Source: Rhizobium sp. Q54 (GTDB lineage: Bacteria; Pseudomonadota; Alphaproteobacteria; Rhizobiales; Beijerinckiaceae). From it: DNA of 43,432 nucleotides. This document shows, in pieces, positions 9,872 to 18,611 of the stretch. The notes below the pieces were generated by a model. It was not told the DNA's origin. It was given only the letters and a program-made list of their open reading frames with translations, and did not search any database. The stretch is taken from contig CAMDOY010000001.1 of NCBI GenBank assembly GCA_945903655.1, positions 1-43,432 on the forward strand, in the 5' to 3' direction. Each line of letters opens with the position of its first letter. Positions within the stretch are counted from its first letter, which is position 1. Position numbers and translations under genes: made by a program.

Positions 9872-10576
9872 ATGAGCACGCATGACGAGATCAAGCAGAA
9901 GATGATCATGGCTGGCAAGATCCTCGTGGCCGAAGCCCAGGATGATTTCACTCGCGGCCACATTTCCTTCCGCCTGCCCGACAATCCCGGCCTGTTCTTC
10001 ATGAAGCCCCACAGCATCGGCCTCGACGAGATCACGATGGAGAACATTCTCACCATCGACCTCGAAGGCAATGTGGTCGCGGGCAAGGCCAAGCGCCATT
10101 CCGAGGTCTATATCCATTCCGAGATCCTGAAGGCGCGGCCGGACCTGAATTGCGTGCTGCACACGCATCCCACCTATTCCACCGCCTTCTCCGCCATGGG
10201 CCGCCCCATGCGCGCCTATAGCCAGCCTGCGGCGCTCTTCTACAACGCCATCGGCGTCTATACGGACACGATCAACCTCATTCGCGACCACGGCATGGGC
10301 CATGGTGTCGCCAAGGCTTTGGGCCCCCATCGCACAGTGCTGCTGAAGAACCATGGCGTGGTGATGACGGGCGTCTCCATCGAGGAGACCATCATCAGCG
10401 TGATCATGCTGGAGAACGCCGCGCAGGTGCAGATGATCGTGGAAGCCGCTGGCGCCGCCGCCCCCGAGTTCCCGATCGAAGACATCATGAAGCTCCAGCA
10501 CGACATCAGCCGTCCCGAGCAGTTCATCGTGAACTTCGATTATCTGGCGCGCCGGGTGAAGCGCCGCGAGGGCTGA
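9872..10576 (+). CDS. Class II aldolase/adducin family protein
   Basis: GHISFR, SEVYIHSEI, VLHTHP, LLKNHG metal-binding motifs. ATG 9872 with SD GGGAGG. Confidence 0.9.
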   Translation: MSTHDEIKQKMIMAGKILVAEAQDDFTRGHISFRLPDNPGLFFMKPHSIGLDEITMENILTIDLEGNVVAGKAKRHSEVYIHSEILKARPDLNCVLHTHPTYSTAFSAMGRPMRAYSQPAALFYNAIGVYTDTINLIRDHGMGHGVAKALGPHRTVLLKNHGVVMTGVSIEETIISVIMLENAAQVQMIVEAAGAAAPEFPIEDIMKLQHDISRPEQFIVNFDYLARRVKRREG

Positions 10577-10582
10577 TAAGCC

Positions 10583-11368
10583 CTACACGCCCCGAAAATC
10601 AGGCCGACGCTTCTCCATGAAGGCGCGTCGGCCTTCCACATAGTCGGCGCTTTCGAGGCAGGCGTTGGCCAGCGCCGCGCAAAGCGCCGCGTCCGGCGGG
10701 CGCGTGGGGTCCGCATATTCATCGACCATGCGCTTGGAGGCCACGACCGAGAGCGGCGCATTCTGCGCGATCACGGCTACATAGGCCGCCACATCGGCGT
10801 CGAATGTCTTGGGCGGCGCCACCTGATGCACCAGCCCCATGGCCAGCGCCTCCTGCGCGGTGTAGCGCCGGGCGGTGATGAGGATCTCCTTCACCCGCGC
10901 CGCGCCCACGATCTGCACCAGCCAGGAAATGAAATCGGGCCGATAGGCGATGCCCAGCCGCGCGGCGGGCACGCAAAAGGTGGCGTCCTCCGCCGCAAAG
11001 CGCAGATCGCAGGCCGCCGCCAGCCCCATCCCCGCGCCAAAGCAAAAACCGTTGATCCGCGCCAGGGTCGGCTTGGGGAAGGCGCGCAGCCGCGCGAACA
11101 TGCCCGACGAGATCGCCTCATAGCGGGCGATGGCATCGGGCTGGGAGCGCAGGGCCTCGAACTCCGAAATATCCGCGCCCGAAACGAAAGAGGCGCCCGC
11201 GCCCCGCACCACCAGCAGCCGCACGCGGGCATCCACCGCGAAGGTCTCGATGAGGGCTGTGGCCTCCTGCGACATGGCCAGAGTGATGGCGTTGAGGCGC
11301 GCGGGATTGTCGAAGACCAGCTCCGCCACCCCGTCCCGCACCTCGCCCGTGACCCTTGCTGCGCTCAC
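10583..11368 (-). CDS. Enoyl-CoA hydratase/isomerase (crotonase) family
   Basis: SFVSGADISEF, PKPTLARINGFCFGAG, DYVEGRRAFMEKRRPDFRG. GTG start overlaps the upstream TGA. Confidence 0.9.
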   Translation of the reverse strand: MSAARVTGEVRDGVAELVFDNPARLNAITLAMSQEATALIETFAVDARVRLLVVRGAGASFVSGADISEFEALRSQPDAIARYEAISSGMFARLRAFPKPTLARINGFCFGAGMGLAAACDLRFAAEDATFCVPAARLGIAYRPDFISWLVQIVGAARVKEILITARRYTAQEALAMGLVHQVAPPKTFDADVAAYVAVIAQNAPLSVVASKRMVDEYADPTRPPDAALCAALANACLESADYVEGRRAFMEKRRPDFRGV

Positions 11369-11655
11369 GCCAGGCCGTCCATGATGATGATCTGCCCGGT
11401 GGAGGCCTGTTTGCGGAAGACCGAGGCCGCCTGATATTCGGGGGAATTGTAGCAATCGAGCGCCGCCTGGTAGGAGGGGAACTCGATGATGATGTTGCGG
11501 GCGGGGACCTTGCCCTCCGGCGCCGTATATTGCCCGCCGCGCACCAGAAAATGCGCGCCGAAGCGCGCGAAGGGCTCGGCGGCGCCCGCCAGATAGGTCT
11601 TGTAGACCTCCATGTCGTGAACGTCGTTATGCGCGATCCAGTAACCCTTGGTCAT
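11365..11655 (-). CDS. DUF1330 family protein
   Basis: MTKGYWIA, FLVRGG, IIIEFPSYQAALDCYNSPEYQAA. Confidence 0.9.
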   Translation of the reverse strand: MTKGYWIAHNDVHDMEVYKTYLAGAAEPFARFGAHFLVRGGQYTAPEGKVPARNIIIEFPSYQAALDCYNSPEYQAASVFRKQASTGQIIIMDGLA

Positions 11656-11722
11656 CTTTGCCTCCATTTCGCCCTGATCAGGTCATTCTAGCTTCACAGT
11701 TGGCTTTCATCATCCCCTCAAT

Positions 11723-11810
11723 CGCCTGATGACGCGTTTGAACGGGTGTTTTTCGTTCAAGCATCGGGCGGCCAAACGCCGGGCCGGAGGTACGCCCGGC
11801 GTTTTCTTTT
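11723..11810 (+). ncRNA. Candidate small RNA: a long hairpin followed by an intrinsic terminator
   Basis: CGCCTGATG (11723-31) pairs with CATCGGGCG (11762-70). TTGAACG (11738-44) pairs with CGTTCAA (11754-60). AAACGCCGGGC/GCCCGGCGTTT then forms a second stem with a U-tract on the + strand, where no + strand CDS ends. Confidence 0.4.
11774..11810 (+). terminator. Intrinsic terminator; strong U-tract on + strand, weak on - strand
   Basis: 11-bp perfect stem followed by TCTTTT. Confidence 0.75.
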
Positions 11811-11820
11811 GGGAGCGAGG

Positions 11821-11907
11821 CTAATTGCCGACAGAGCCCGCGATCAGCGCGCCGATCAGACATAGAATCAAGATGGTGAATTCCTTCCCACGATTGCCCT
11901 CAGCCAT
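11821..11907 (-). CDS. Small hydrophobic peptide, 28 aa: MAEGNRGKEFTILILCLIGALIAGSVGN
   Basis: Perfect SD TAAGGAGG 5 nt before the ATG, one TM-length hydrophobic run, and a hairpin 11 nt after the TAG. Below the ORF-track size cutoff. Confidence 0.65.
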   Translation of the reverse strand: MAEGNRGKEFTILILCLIGALIAGSVGN

Positions 11908-11985
11908 GCCATCCTCCTTAAGTCCTGCTTGAGTTAAAAAATAACGGCGAATAACTCTATTTTCTCACCTTGGCCGCTGCCCGCC

Positions 11986-11999
11986 ATGACTGACATCAA
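11986..11999 (-). promoter_or_regulatory. Possible FNR/FixK box upstream of the small peptide gene
   Basis: Minus strand TTGAT-GTCA-GTCAT versus consensus TTGAT-N4-ATCAA. A candidate -10 (TAGAGT) lies at 11959-11954. Confidence 0.35.
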
Positions 12000-12122
12000 G
12001 GCGAGTTGAATAATATTTCAGATAGTCTATTTCTAAATTCAACATCCATTCTCCATTCAAAATCCATGTTTTCAGATTAAAATGATAACATTATTGTTAT
12101 TTTGTAATCCAAATTAATGATG

Positions 12123-12144
12123 AGACTGTACAGTCTAGTATAAT
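12123..12144 (+). promoter_or_regulatory. Perfect 14-bp palindrome abutting a TATAAT -10 box upstream of the kefC-like gene
   Basis: AGACTGTACAGTCT at 12123-12136; TATAAT at 12139-12144. Confidence 0.45.
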
Positions 12145-12198
12145 TTTTCGCACAATTCAGAGATATGGAAATCTAATGGGCTTGAAGAGGAGATTCGT

Positions 12199-14031
12199 TT
12201 GGCTGGAAGCCCGATCGCGCTCGAAGATACAAAGGAAGTATTGCTCTTCCTCGCCACCGCTGGCGTGGTGGTGCCCCTTTTCCGGCGGCTGAAGGTCAGT
12301 CCAGTCATCGGCTTTCTGGGCGCGGGCGTCTTGTTGGGGCCCCATGGGCTCGGGGGCTTTTCGAACCATCCCTGGCTGGATTTTTTCCAGCTGGAAAACA
12401 CCCAGCGAATCGCCAAGATCGCGGAATTTGGCGTGGTCTTCCTGCTGTTCATGATCGGCCTCGAGCTCTCCTATGAACGCTTGACGCGCCTGCGGCGGCT
12501 GGTCTTCGGGCTGGGCGCAGCGCAGGTTCTGCTCAGCACCCTAGTGCTGGGGGAGCTCGCGGCGCTGATCTTTGGCCTGCCTCAGGGCGCGGATTTGGTG
12601 GTGGGCGGGGCGCTGGCTTTGTCCTCCACCGCCATCGTCATTCCCGTGCTGGCGGAGCGGCGGCGCCTGTCCACCACCGCCGGGCGCGCGGCCTTTGCTG
12701 TGCTGCTGTTCCAGGACCTGATGGTGGCGCCCCTGCTCTTCGCCGTCTCGATGGCGGGCGATCGCGGCGGGGGCACGGGGGCTGACATGCTCTACGCCAT
12801 CTTGCCCGCCATGGCGGCGCTGGCCGTATTGGTGCTGGGGGGCCGGCTGCTGCTGCGGCCCCTGTTCCATCAGGTGGCGCTGGCGCGCTCCACCGAGTTC
12901 TTCATGGCGACCTGCCTCTTCGTGGTCATCGGCACGGGTGTGGCGAGCGCCATGAGCGGCCTGTCCATGGCTTTGGGCGCCTTCATCGCAGGGCTGTTGC
13001 TGGGCGAGACCGAATATCGCCGCGAGATCGAGGTGACGCTGGAGCCCTTCAAGGGCCTGCTGCTGGGCCTCTTCTTCGTCTCCATTGGCGTGGAGCTGGA
13101 CCTGACGCAGATCGCCCGCGCGCCTGGCCTCGTGGTGGGCATCGCGCTGGGGTTGATCGTCCTCAAGGCCGCGATCCTCTTTGGTCTGGCGCGGGTGGCG
13201 GGCCTGCCTGCGCCTGCGGCGGGGGAGACGGCCCTGCTGCTGGGCCCCGGCGGCGAATTCGCCTTCGTGATGATCACCGCCGCCGTGGCCGAACGGCTGC
13301 TGCCCGCCAGCACAGGCGCGACCCTGATCCTCGCGGTGACCCTGTCCATGGCGACGGTCCCCCTGCTCGCCCTGCTGGGCGCCAGACGCAGGCCCGTCGA
13401 TCCGCAGGCGCTGGACCCGGAACTCGCCGCAACCCCACCGCAAGAGCAGCGCAAGGGCCGCGTGATCGTGGTGGGCTATGGGCGCGTGGGGCGGCTGGTG
13501 GGCGAGATGCTGGCCCGTCACAAGCTCGATTTCATCGCCGTGGATGGCGACCCCAAACTCGTCGCCCGGGAGCGGCCCCAGGCGCGCAACCTCTACTGGG
13601 GCGACGCCACCAGGCCGGAATTTCTGCGGGCCTGCGGGCTGGAGGAGGCCAGCGCCCTCATCGTGACCATCGACCGACCGCAACAGGCTGAGCAAGTGGT
13701 GGCGCTCGCCCGAAAGGCCCGGCCCGACATCACCATCGTCGCCCGCGCCCGCGACGCCCACCACGCCACCCAGCTCTACGCGCTGGGCGCCACCGACGCG
13801 ATCCCCGAGACCACAGAGGCGAGCCTGCAATTATCGGAGGCCGCGCTGGTCGATATCGGCGTCCCCATGGGCCTCGTCATCGCCTCGATCCACGAGAAGC
13901 GCGACGAATATCGCAAGCTGCTGCAACCCGATGGCGAAGAGCACGAAAGACGCGCCTTTCGTCCGTCAACCCGCATGAAGGACATGGGAAGGCGGCGCGA
14001 CCCCCGGGATGCTGCGCAAGAACCGGGTTAG
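12199..14031 (+). CDS. CPA2 K+/H+ antiporter, KefC/KefB-like, with a C-terminal KTN (TrkA-N) domain
   Basis: AEFGVVFLLFMIGLEL, ALSSTAI, VLLFQD, EPFKGLLLGLFF, IVVGYGRVG, GDATR. TTG start with SD GAGGAG. Confidence 0.92.
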   Translation: MAGSPIALEDTKEVLLFLATAGVVVPLFRRLKVSPVIGFLGAGVLLGPHGLGGFSNHPWLDFFQLENTQRIAKIAEFGVVFLLFMIGLELSYERLTRLRRLVFGLGAAQVLLSTLVLGELAALIFGLPQGADLVVGGALALSSTAIVIPVLAERRRLSTTAGRAAFAVLLFQDLMVAPLLFAVSMAGDRGGGTGADMLYAILPAMAALAVLVLGGRLLLRPLFHQVALARSTEFFMATCLFVVIGTGVASAMSGLSMALGAFIAGLLLGETEYRREIEVTLEPFKGLLLGLFFVSIGVELDLTQIARAPGLVVGIALGLIVLKAAILFGLARVAGLPAPAAGETALLLGPGGEFAFVMITAAVAERLLPASTGATLILAVTLSMATVPLLALLGARRRPVDPQALDPELAATPPQEQRKGRVIVVGYGRVGRLVGEMLARHKLDFIAVDGDPKLVARERPQARNLYWGDATRPEFLRACGLEEASALIVTIDRPQQAEQVVALARKARPDITIVARARDAHHATQLYALGATDAIPETTEASLQLSEAALVDIGVPMGLVIASIHEKRDEYRKLLQPDGEEHERRAFRPSTRMKDMGRRRDPRDAAQEPG

Positions 14032-14819
14032 CCCGGCTCAACCTGCATGGAGGCCACGACCTCCTGCTCGATCAGGGTCCAGATCTCGTCCACGATCTTC
14101 AGGAATTCCGGGCTGCGCTTGAGGGACAATGCGCGCGGGCGGGGGAAGGGGATGGCGATATCCGCCGCCACCCGTCCGGGGCGCGAGGAGAAGACCAGCA
14201 CGCGATCCGCCAGATAGGCGGCCTCGTCGATCTGGTGGGTGATGAAGAGCACGGTCTTGCGCTTCTGCGCCCAGATTTTCAAAAGCTCCCGCTGCATGAT
14301 CTCGCGGGTCTGCGCATCGAGCGCGGCGAAGGGCTCGTCCATCAGCAGCACATCGGGGTCGATGGCGAGCGCGCGCGCAAGATTGACGCGCTGGCGCATG
14401 CCCCCCGAAAGCTCGTTGGGATAGTGCTGGGCGAAGCCGGTGAGGCCCACCAGCTTCAACAGGCTTTCGGCCAGGGGATGGGACGCCGCAGGCTTCACGC
14501 CGCGCACCTCCAGCCCGAAGACCACATTGTCGAGCACCGTGCGCCAGGGCAGCAGGGAATCGTGCTGGAACACGAAGCCGCGATCACCGCCCGGGCCCTC
14601 CACCAATTTGCCGTCGATGCGCACCTCGCCCTCTTCAGCGGGGACCAGGCCGCCGATGGCGCGGATGAAGGTCGTCTTGCCGCAGCCGCTCGCGCCCACG
14701 ATGCAGACGAATTCATTGGTGGCGATGTCCAGCGAAATGGAGTCGAGCACCTTGCGGGGCTCGCCATCGCGGGTGAGAAAATATTTCGAGAGGTTGGAGA
14801 CCTGAAGCTTGGCGGTCAT
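14028..14819 (-). CDS. ABC transporter ATP-binding protein (NitT/TauT/SsuB type)
   Basis: GASGCGKTT, LSGGMRQR, LLMDEPFAALD, FITH. Confidence 0.95.
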   Translation of the reverse strand: MTAKLQVSNLSKYFLTRDGEPRKVLDSISLDIATNEFVCIVGASGCGKTTFIRAIGGLVPAEEGEVRIDGKLVEGPGGDRGFVFQHDSLLPWRTVLDNVVFGLEVRGVKPAASHPLAESLLKLVGLTGFAQHYPNELSGGMRQRVNLARALAIDPDVLLMDEPFAALDAQTREIMQRELLKIWAQKRKTVLFITHQIDEAAYLADRVLVFSSRPGRVAADIAIPFPRPRALSLKRSPEFLKIVDEIWTLIEQEVVASMQVEPG

Positions 14820-15685
14820 CAGTGCGTCTCCTGCACGCTCTTGCGCCAGGGAGCGAGGCGTTGCTCGAGATATTTCAGCCCCTCCATGAGCAGTACGCCC
14901 ATGAGGGAGAAGATCAGCACGCCCAGAAACACGGTGGCCGTGTCAAAGCTGAGGCCCGCCGCCGTGATGAGATAGCCCACACCGGCGCGAGAGGCGAAAA
15001 GCTCGCCCACCACCACGCCCGTCAGCGCGCGGCCAATGCCAAGGCGCAGGCCCACGATGACGAAGGGCAGCGCGGCGGGCATGAGGATCTTGGTGAAGAT
15101 CTGCCCGCGCGAACAGTTGAAGGCCTTCGCCACTTCCAGCAAATGGGGGTCCGCCGAGCGGATGCCTACAAAGGCGTTCAGCAGGATCGGGAACACCGCG
15201 ATGACGAAGACGATGGCGACTTTCGAGGCGAGCCCAATGCCGAAGATCAGCAGGAAGAAGGGCATCAAAGCCACAAGCGGGCTCGAATAGAAAAACGAGA
15301 CCCAGGGATCGAGAATGTCCTGCGTGCGGCGACTCGTCGCCATGAGGAAGCCCAGCGCAATGCCCACCACAGCGGAGAGGGCGAAGCCCAGCGAAAACTC
15401 CAGCGCGCTGACGCCCATGTGGCGCATCAATTCGCCATTCATCAGGAGCTTCCAGCCCACCGCCAGAACCTTGGACAGGGGCGAGAAGAGAATGGGATTG
15501 GTGACAAGAAACTGGCCCGTGAACTCCCACAGCGCCAGCCCGCCGATGACCGAATAAATGGCGCGGCGGCGCGAGATCCAGGCGAGTTGCGCCGGGGTCG
15601 GCCCGTGCCTGAGCCCTGCGGGAAGAGGCGAGGGCGCAGCATCGGCGCCACGCGCCTTGTCATGCCCCAGGGCTGCTTCGCTCAT
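14819..15685 (-). CDS. ABC transporter permease (NitT/TauT/SsuC type)
   Basis: Multiple TM helices, EAA-like loop LLEVAKAFNCS, PAALP, VVGELF...GVGY. Confidence 0.92.
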   Translation of the reverse strand: MSEAALGHDKARGADAAPSPLPAGLRHGPTPAQLAWISRRRAIYSVIGGLALWEFTGQFLVTNPILFSPLSKVLAVGWKLLMNGELMRHMGVSALEFSLGFALSAVVGIALGFLMATSRRTQDILDPWVSFFYSSPLVALMPFFLLIFGIGLASKVAIVFVIAVFPILLNAFVGIRSADPHLLEVAKAFNCSRGQIFTKILMPAALPFVIVGLRLGIGRALTGVVVGELFASRAGVGYLITAAGLSFDTATVFLGVLIFSLMGVLLMEGLKYLEQRLAPWRKSVQETH

Positions 15686-15750
15686 CGTCTGCTCCCGACT
15701 GTTCAACGCTATCTCATTGCGAGGTCGCATGAATGGGCGGCGCCCGCAAC

Positions 15751-17424
15751 CTACTTTTTGGCGAGCCCCGCGCTGCGAAGGGCCGTGATGGTGGTGAGCG
15801 GCGTGATCGCCTCCGGGTCCACCTTCACATGGATGATCGAGGGCTTGCCCGAAGCCACGGCCCGCTCGAAGGCGGGGGCGAACTGCGCGGTCTCCTCCAC
15901 CGTCTCCCCATGGCCGCCGAAGGCCACCGCATAAGCGGCGAAATCGGGATTACGCAGGGCGGTGGCGGAGACGCGGCCGGGATAGTTCCGCTCCTGATGC
16001 ATGCGGATCGTGCCATACATGCCGTTGTCGACGATCACCACGATGATCGGCAGATCATATTGCACGGCGGTGGCGAACTCCTGCCCGTTCATCAAAAAGC
16101 AGCCATCGCCCGCAAAGCAGACCACCATGCGTTCGGGATGCACGCGCTTGGCGCCCACGGCGGCGGGCAGGCCATAGCCCATGGAGCCCGACACCGGCGC
16201 GAGCTGCGTCGCATATTGGCGAAAGCGCATGAAGCGCCCCACCCATATGGCGTAATTGCCCGCGCCATTGGTCACGATGGCGTCGCGGGGCAGACGCTCG
16301 CGCAGCCACAGGGCCATTTCGCCGAGTTGCATCTTGCCGGGCATGGTGGGCGCAACATCGGTCCAGCCATGGAAATCGGCGTTGGCCTGCGCCGTCTGCG
16401 AAGCCCAGGGAATCACATTCGGCGGTTGCAGGCTCTCCAGCGCGGCGGCGAAGGCGGGGGGCGTGGCGTTGATCCCCAGACGCGGATGATAGACCCGGCC
16501 CAACTCCTCCGCGTCCCCATGCACATGCACCAGATTCTGGCGGGGCGTGGGGATGTCGAAGAGCGTGTAGCCCTGCGAGGGAATCTCGGCCATGCGCCCG
16601 CCGATCAGCAGCACGAGATCGGAGGCCTCGATGCGGGCGCGCAGTTTCGGGTTTGGCCCGATGGCGAGTTCGCCCGCATAGTTGGGATGATCGCCGGGAA
16701 AGAGCATGGCGCGGCGCGAGGAGGTGACCACCGGCAGGTCGAAACGCTCGGCGAAGCGGCGCAAAGAGTCGACCGCCTTCTCGCTCCAGCCGCTGCCGCC
16801 CACGATCACGATGGGCTGTTTGGCGGCCCAGAGCAGCTTCTGCAATTCGGCCATCTGGGTCTGGCCGGGCCAGGTGGGCACGGGCTCCACGCGGGCGGCG
16901 TCGCTCACGCTGGCGCGCTCCACCAGCATGTCCTCGGGCAAGGCGATCACCACAGGGCCGGGGCGGCCCTGCAAGGCCACATGAAAGGCGCGCGAGACGA
17001 TCTCTGGGATGCGCGCGACATCGTCGATCTCCACCACCCATTTGGCGAAGGAGCCGAAGACGGCGCGGTAGTCCATCTCCTGAAAGGCGCCGCGGCCCTG
17101 GGCGGGGCGCTGCACCTGCCCGACGAACATGATGAGCGGGGTTGAATCATGTTCGGCGATATGGATGCCCGGCGAGGCGTTGGTGGCGCCGGGCGCGCGC
17201 GTCACGAAGACGATGCCGGGCTTGCCGGTGAGCCTGGCGCTCGCGTCCGCCATCATGGCGGCGCCGCCTTCCTGACGGCAGACGGTGACGTTGATGTTCA
17301 CATCATGGAAGGCGTCGAGCACGGCCAGATAGGATTCGCCAGGCACGCAGAACACATGGCGCACATCCTGCGCGAGCAATTGGTCCACCAGAATTTGCGC
17401 GCCGGTGCGATTGTTCTCCATCAT
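15751..17424 (-). CDS. Thiamine-diphosphate-dependent enzyme (acetolactate synthase large-subunit-like)
   Basis: FCVPGESYL, RQEGGA, GSMGYGLPAA, GDGCFLMN...VDNGMYGTIR. Start overlaps the upstream stop (ATGA). Confidence 0.9.
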   Translation of the reverse strand: MMENNRTGAQILVDQLLAQDVRHVFCVPGESYLAVLDAFHDVNINVTVCRQEGGAAMMADASARLTGKPGIVFVTRAPGATNASPGIHIAEHDSTPLIMFVGQVQRPAQGRGAFQEMDYRAVFGSFAKWVVEIDDVARIPEIVSRAFHVALQGRPGPVVIALPEDMLVERASVSDAARVEPVPTWPGQTQMAELQKLLWAAKQPIVIVGGSGWSEKAVDSLRRFAERFDLPVVTSSRRAMLFPGDHPNYAGELAIGPNPKLRARIEASDLVLLIGGRMAEIPSQGYTLFDIPTPRQNLVHVHGDAEELGRVYHPRLGINATPPAFAAALESLQPPNVIPWASQTAQANADFHGWTDVAPTMPGKMQLGEMALWLRERLPRDAIVTNGAGNYAIWVGRFMRFRQYATQLAPVSGSMGYGLPAAVGAKRVHPERMVVCFAGDGCFLMNGQEFATAVQYDLPIIVVIVDNGMYGTIRMHQERNYPGRVSATALRNPDFAAYAVAFGGHGETVEETAQFAPAFERAVASGKPSIIHVKVDPEAITPLTTITALRSAGLAKK

Positions 17425-18611
17425 GCCCGTCCTCCCCAATTCGGATCGTTCAAAATCTCGTCCGTATGCTGGCCCAGCGCAGGCGCAGGCCGCGCGCTCG
17501 CCACCGCCACCCCATCCATCACGATGGCGCCGCGCAGGCCGGGCGTGGAGCCCGTCTTGGCGCGGGGATTGTCCAGATCCATGCGCATGCCGCGCGCGAT
17601 CACCTGCGGATCCCTGAACACATCGCCCACGCTGTTGATGGGGCCAGCAGGCACGCCCAAAGTATCGAGCCTGGGCAAGAGATCGGCGCGGGTGAACTGG
17701 CGCGTCAGCGCGTGCAAAAGCCGCGTCAGCTCGACGCGATTGCGCACGCGGTCCTTGCTGATGGCGTAGTCGGGATGGGTCGCCAACTCAGGCGCGCCCA
17801 GCGCCTCGCAAAGTTTGCGATATTGCCCGTCATTGCCAGCGGCGATGATGATGTCGCCATCGGCGACGGGAAAGACGTCATAGGGCACGATATTGGGATG
17901 GCTGTTGCCAAGGCGCCTCGGCTCATTGCCCGTGACGAAATAGTTCAGGGCCTGATAGCCCAGCACCGCGATCTGCGCATCGAGCAGCGCGCAATCTATA
18001 TAGGCGCCCTCGCCGGTTTCATGGCGGCGCAACAGGGCCGCCTGAATGGCGTTGGCGGCGTAGAGGCCGGTGTAGATATCGGCGATGGCCATGCCCGATT
18101 TAGTGGGGGGACCATCGGGCTGTCCCGTGAGATGCATGGCGCCGCCCATGCCCTGCACCAGAAAATCATAGCCCGCACGCTCTGCGTAGGGCCCGTCCTG
18201 ACCGAAGCCCGTGATGGAGCAATAGATCAGGCGCGGGTTCCGTTTGCGCAGGCTCTCGTGGTCGAGGCCATATTTGGCTAGGCCCCCCACCTTGAAATTC
18301 TCGATGACCACATCGGCGTTCATGGCGAGGCGCTCGATGAGGGCGCGGCCCTCCGGCGTCTCGAAATCCGCCTCGATGCAGCGCTTGCCGCGATTGCAGG
18401 CGTGGTAATAGGCGGCGCCGAGATTTTCGTCGTTATGGCCTTCGAGAAAGGGCGGGCCCCATTGGCGCGTGTCGTCGCCCGCCCCGCGACGCTCCACCTT
18501 CACCACGTCAGCGCCGAGGTCTGCGAGCAATTGCCCGCACCAGGGCCCGGCGAGAATGCGCGCGAGCTCCAGCACGCGGAATGAGGCGAGGGGTTTGGGC
18601 GAGGTGGACAG
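17421..18611 (-). CDS. Family III (CaiB/BaiF) CoA-transferase, likely succinyl-CoA:glutarate CoA-transferase
   Basis: RVLELARILAGPW, GDDTRQWGPP, NRGKR, ENFKVG, SITGFGQDGP, GYD, catalytic IAD. Start is uncertain: CTG 18611 with SD, or GTG 18650. Confidence 0.88.
   Translation of the reverse strand: MSTSPKPLASFRVLELARILAGPWCGQLLADLGADVVKVERRGAGDDTRQWGPPFLEGHNDENLGAAYYHACNRGKRCIEADFETPEGRALIERLAMNADVVIENFKVGGLAKYGLDHESLRKRNPRLIYCSITGFGQDGPYAERAGYDFLVQGMGGAMHLTGQPDGPPTKSGMAIADIYTGLYAANAIQAALLRRHETGEGAYIDCALLDAQIAVLGYQALNYFVTGNEPRRLGNSHPNIVPYDVFPVADGDIIIAAGNDGQYRKLCEALGAPELATHPDYAISKDRVRNRVELTRLLHALTRQFTRADLLPRLDTLGVPAGPINSVGDVFRDPQVIARGMRMDLDNPRAKTGSTPGLRGAIVMDGVAVASARPAPALGQHTDEILNDPNWGGRA

Noticed and set aside
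11678-11863. 61-aa minus-strand ORF in the track
   Set aside because: No SD, runs through the hairpins, and overlaps the better-supported 28-aa ORF in another frame.
11821-11907. 28-aa peptide as an Flp pilin (G-x4-EF followed by a hydrophobic run)
   Set aside because: Residues after the Gly are polar/charged (NRGK), the peptide is about half pilin length, and no tad/cpa genes are nearby.
12078-12100. AATGATAACATTATT as a Fur/Zur box
   Set aside because: Spacing fits neither the 7-1-7 Fur nor the Zur palindrome, and such matches are expected by chance in AT-rich DNA.
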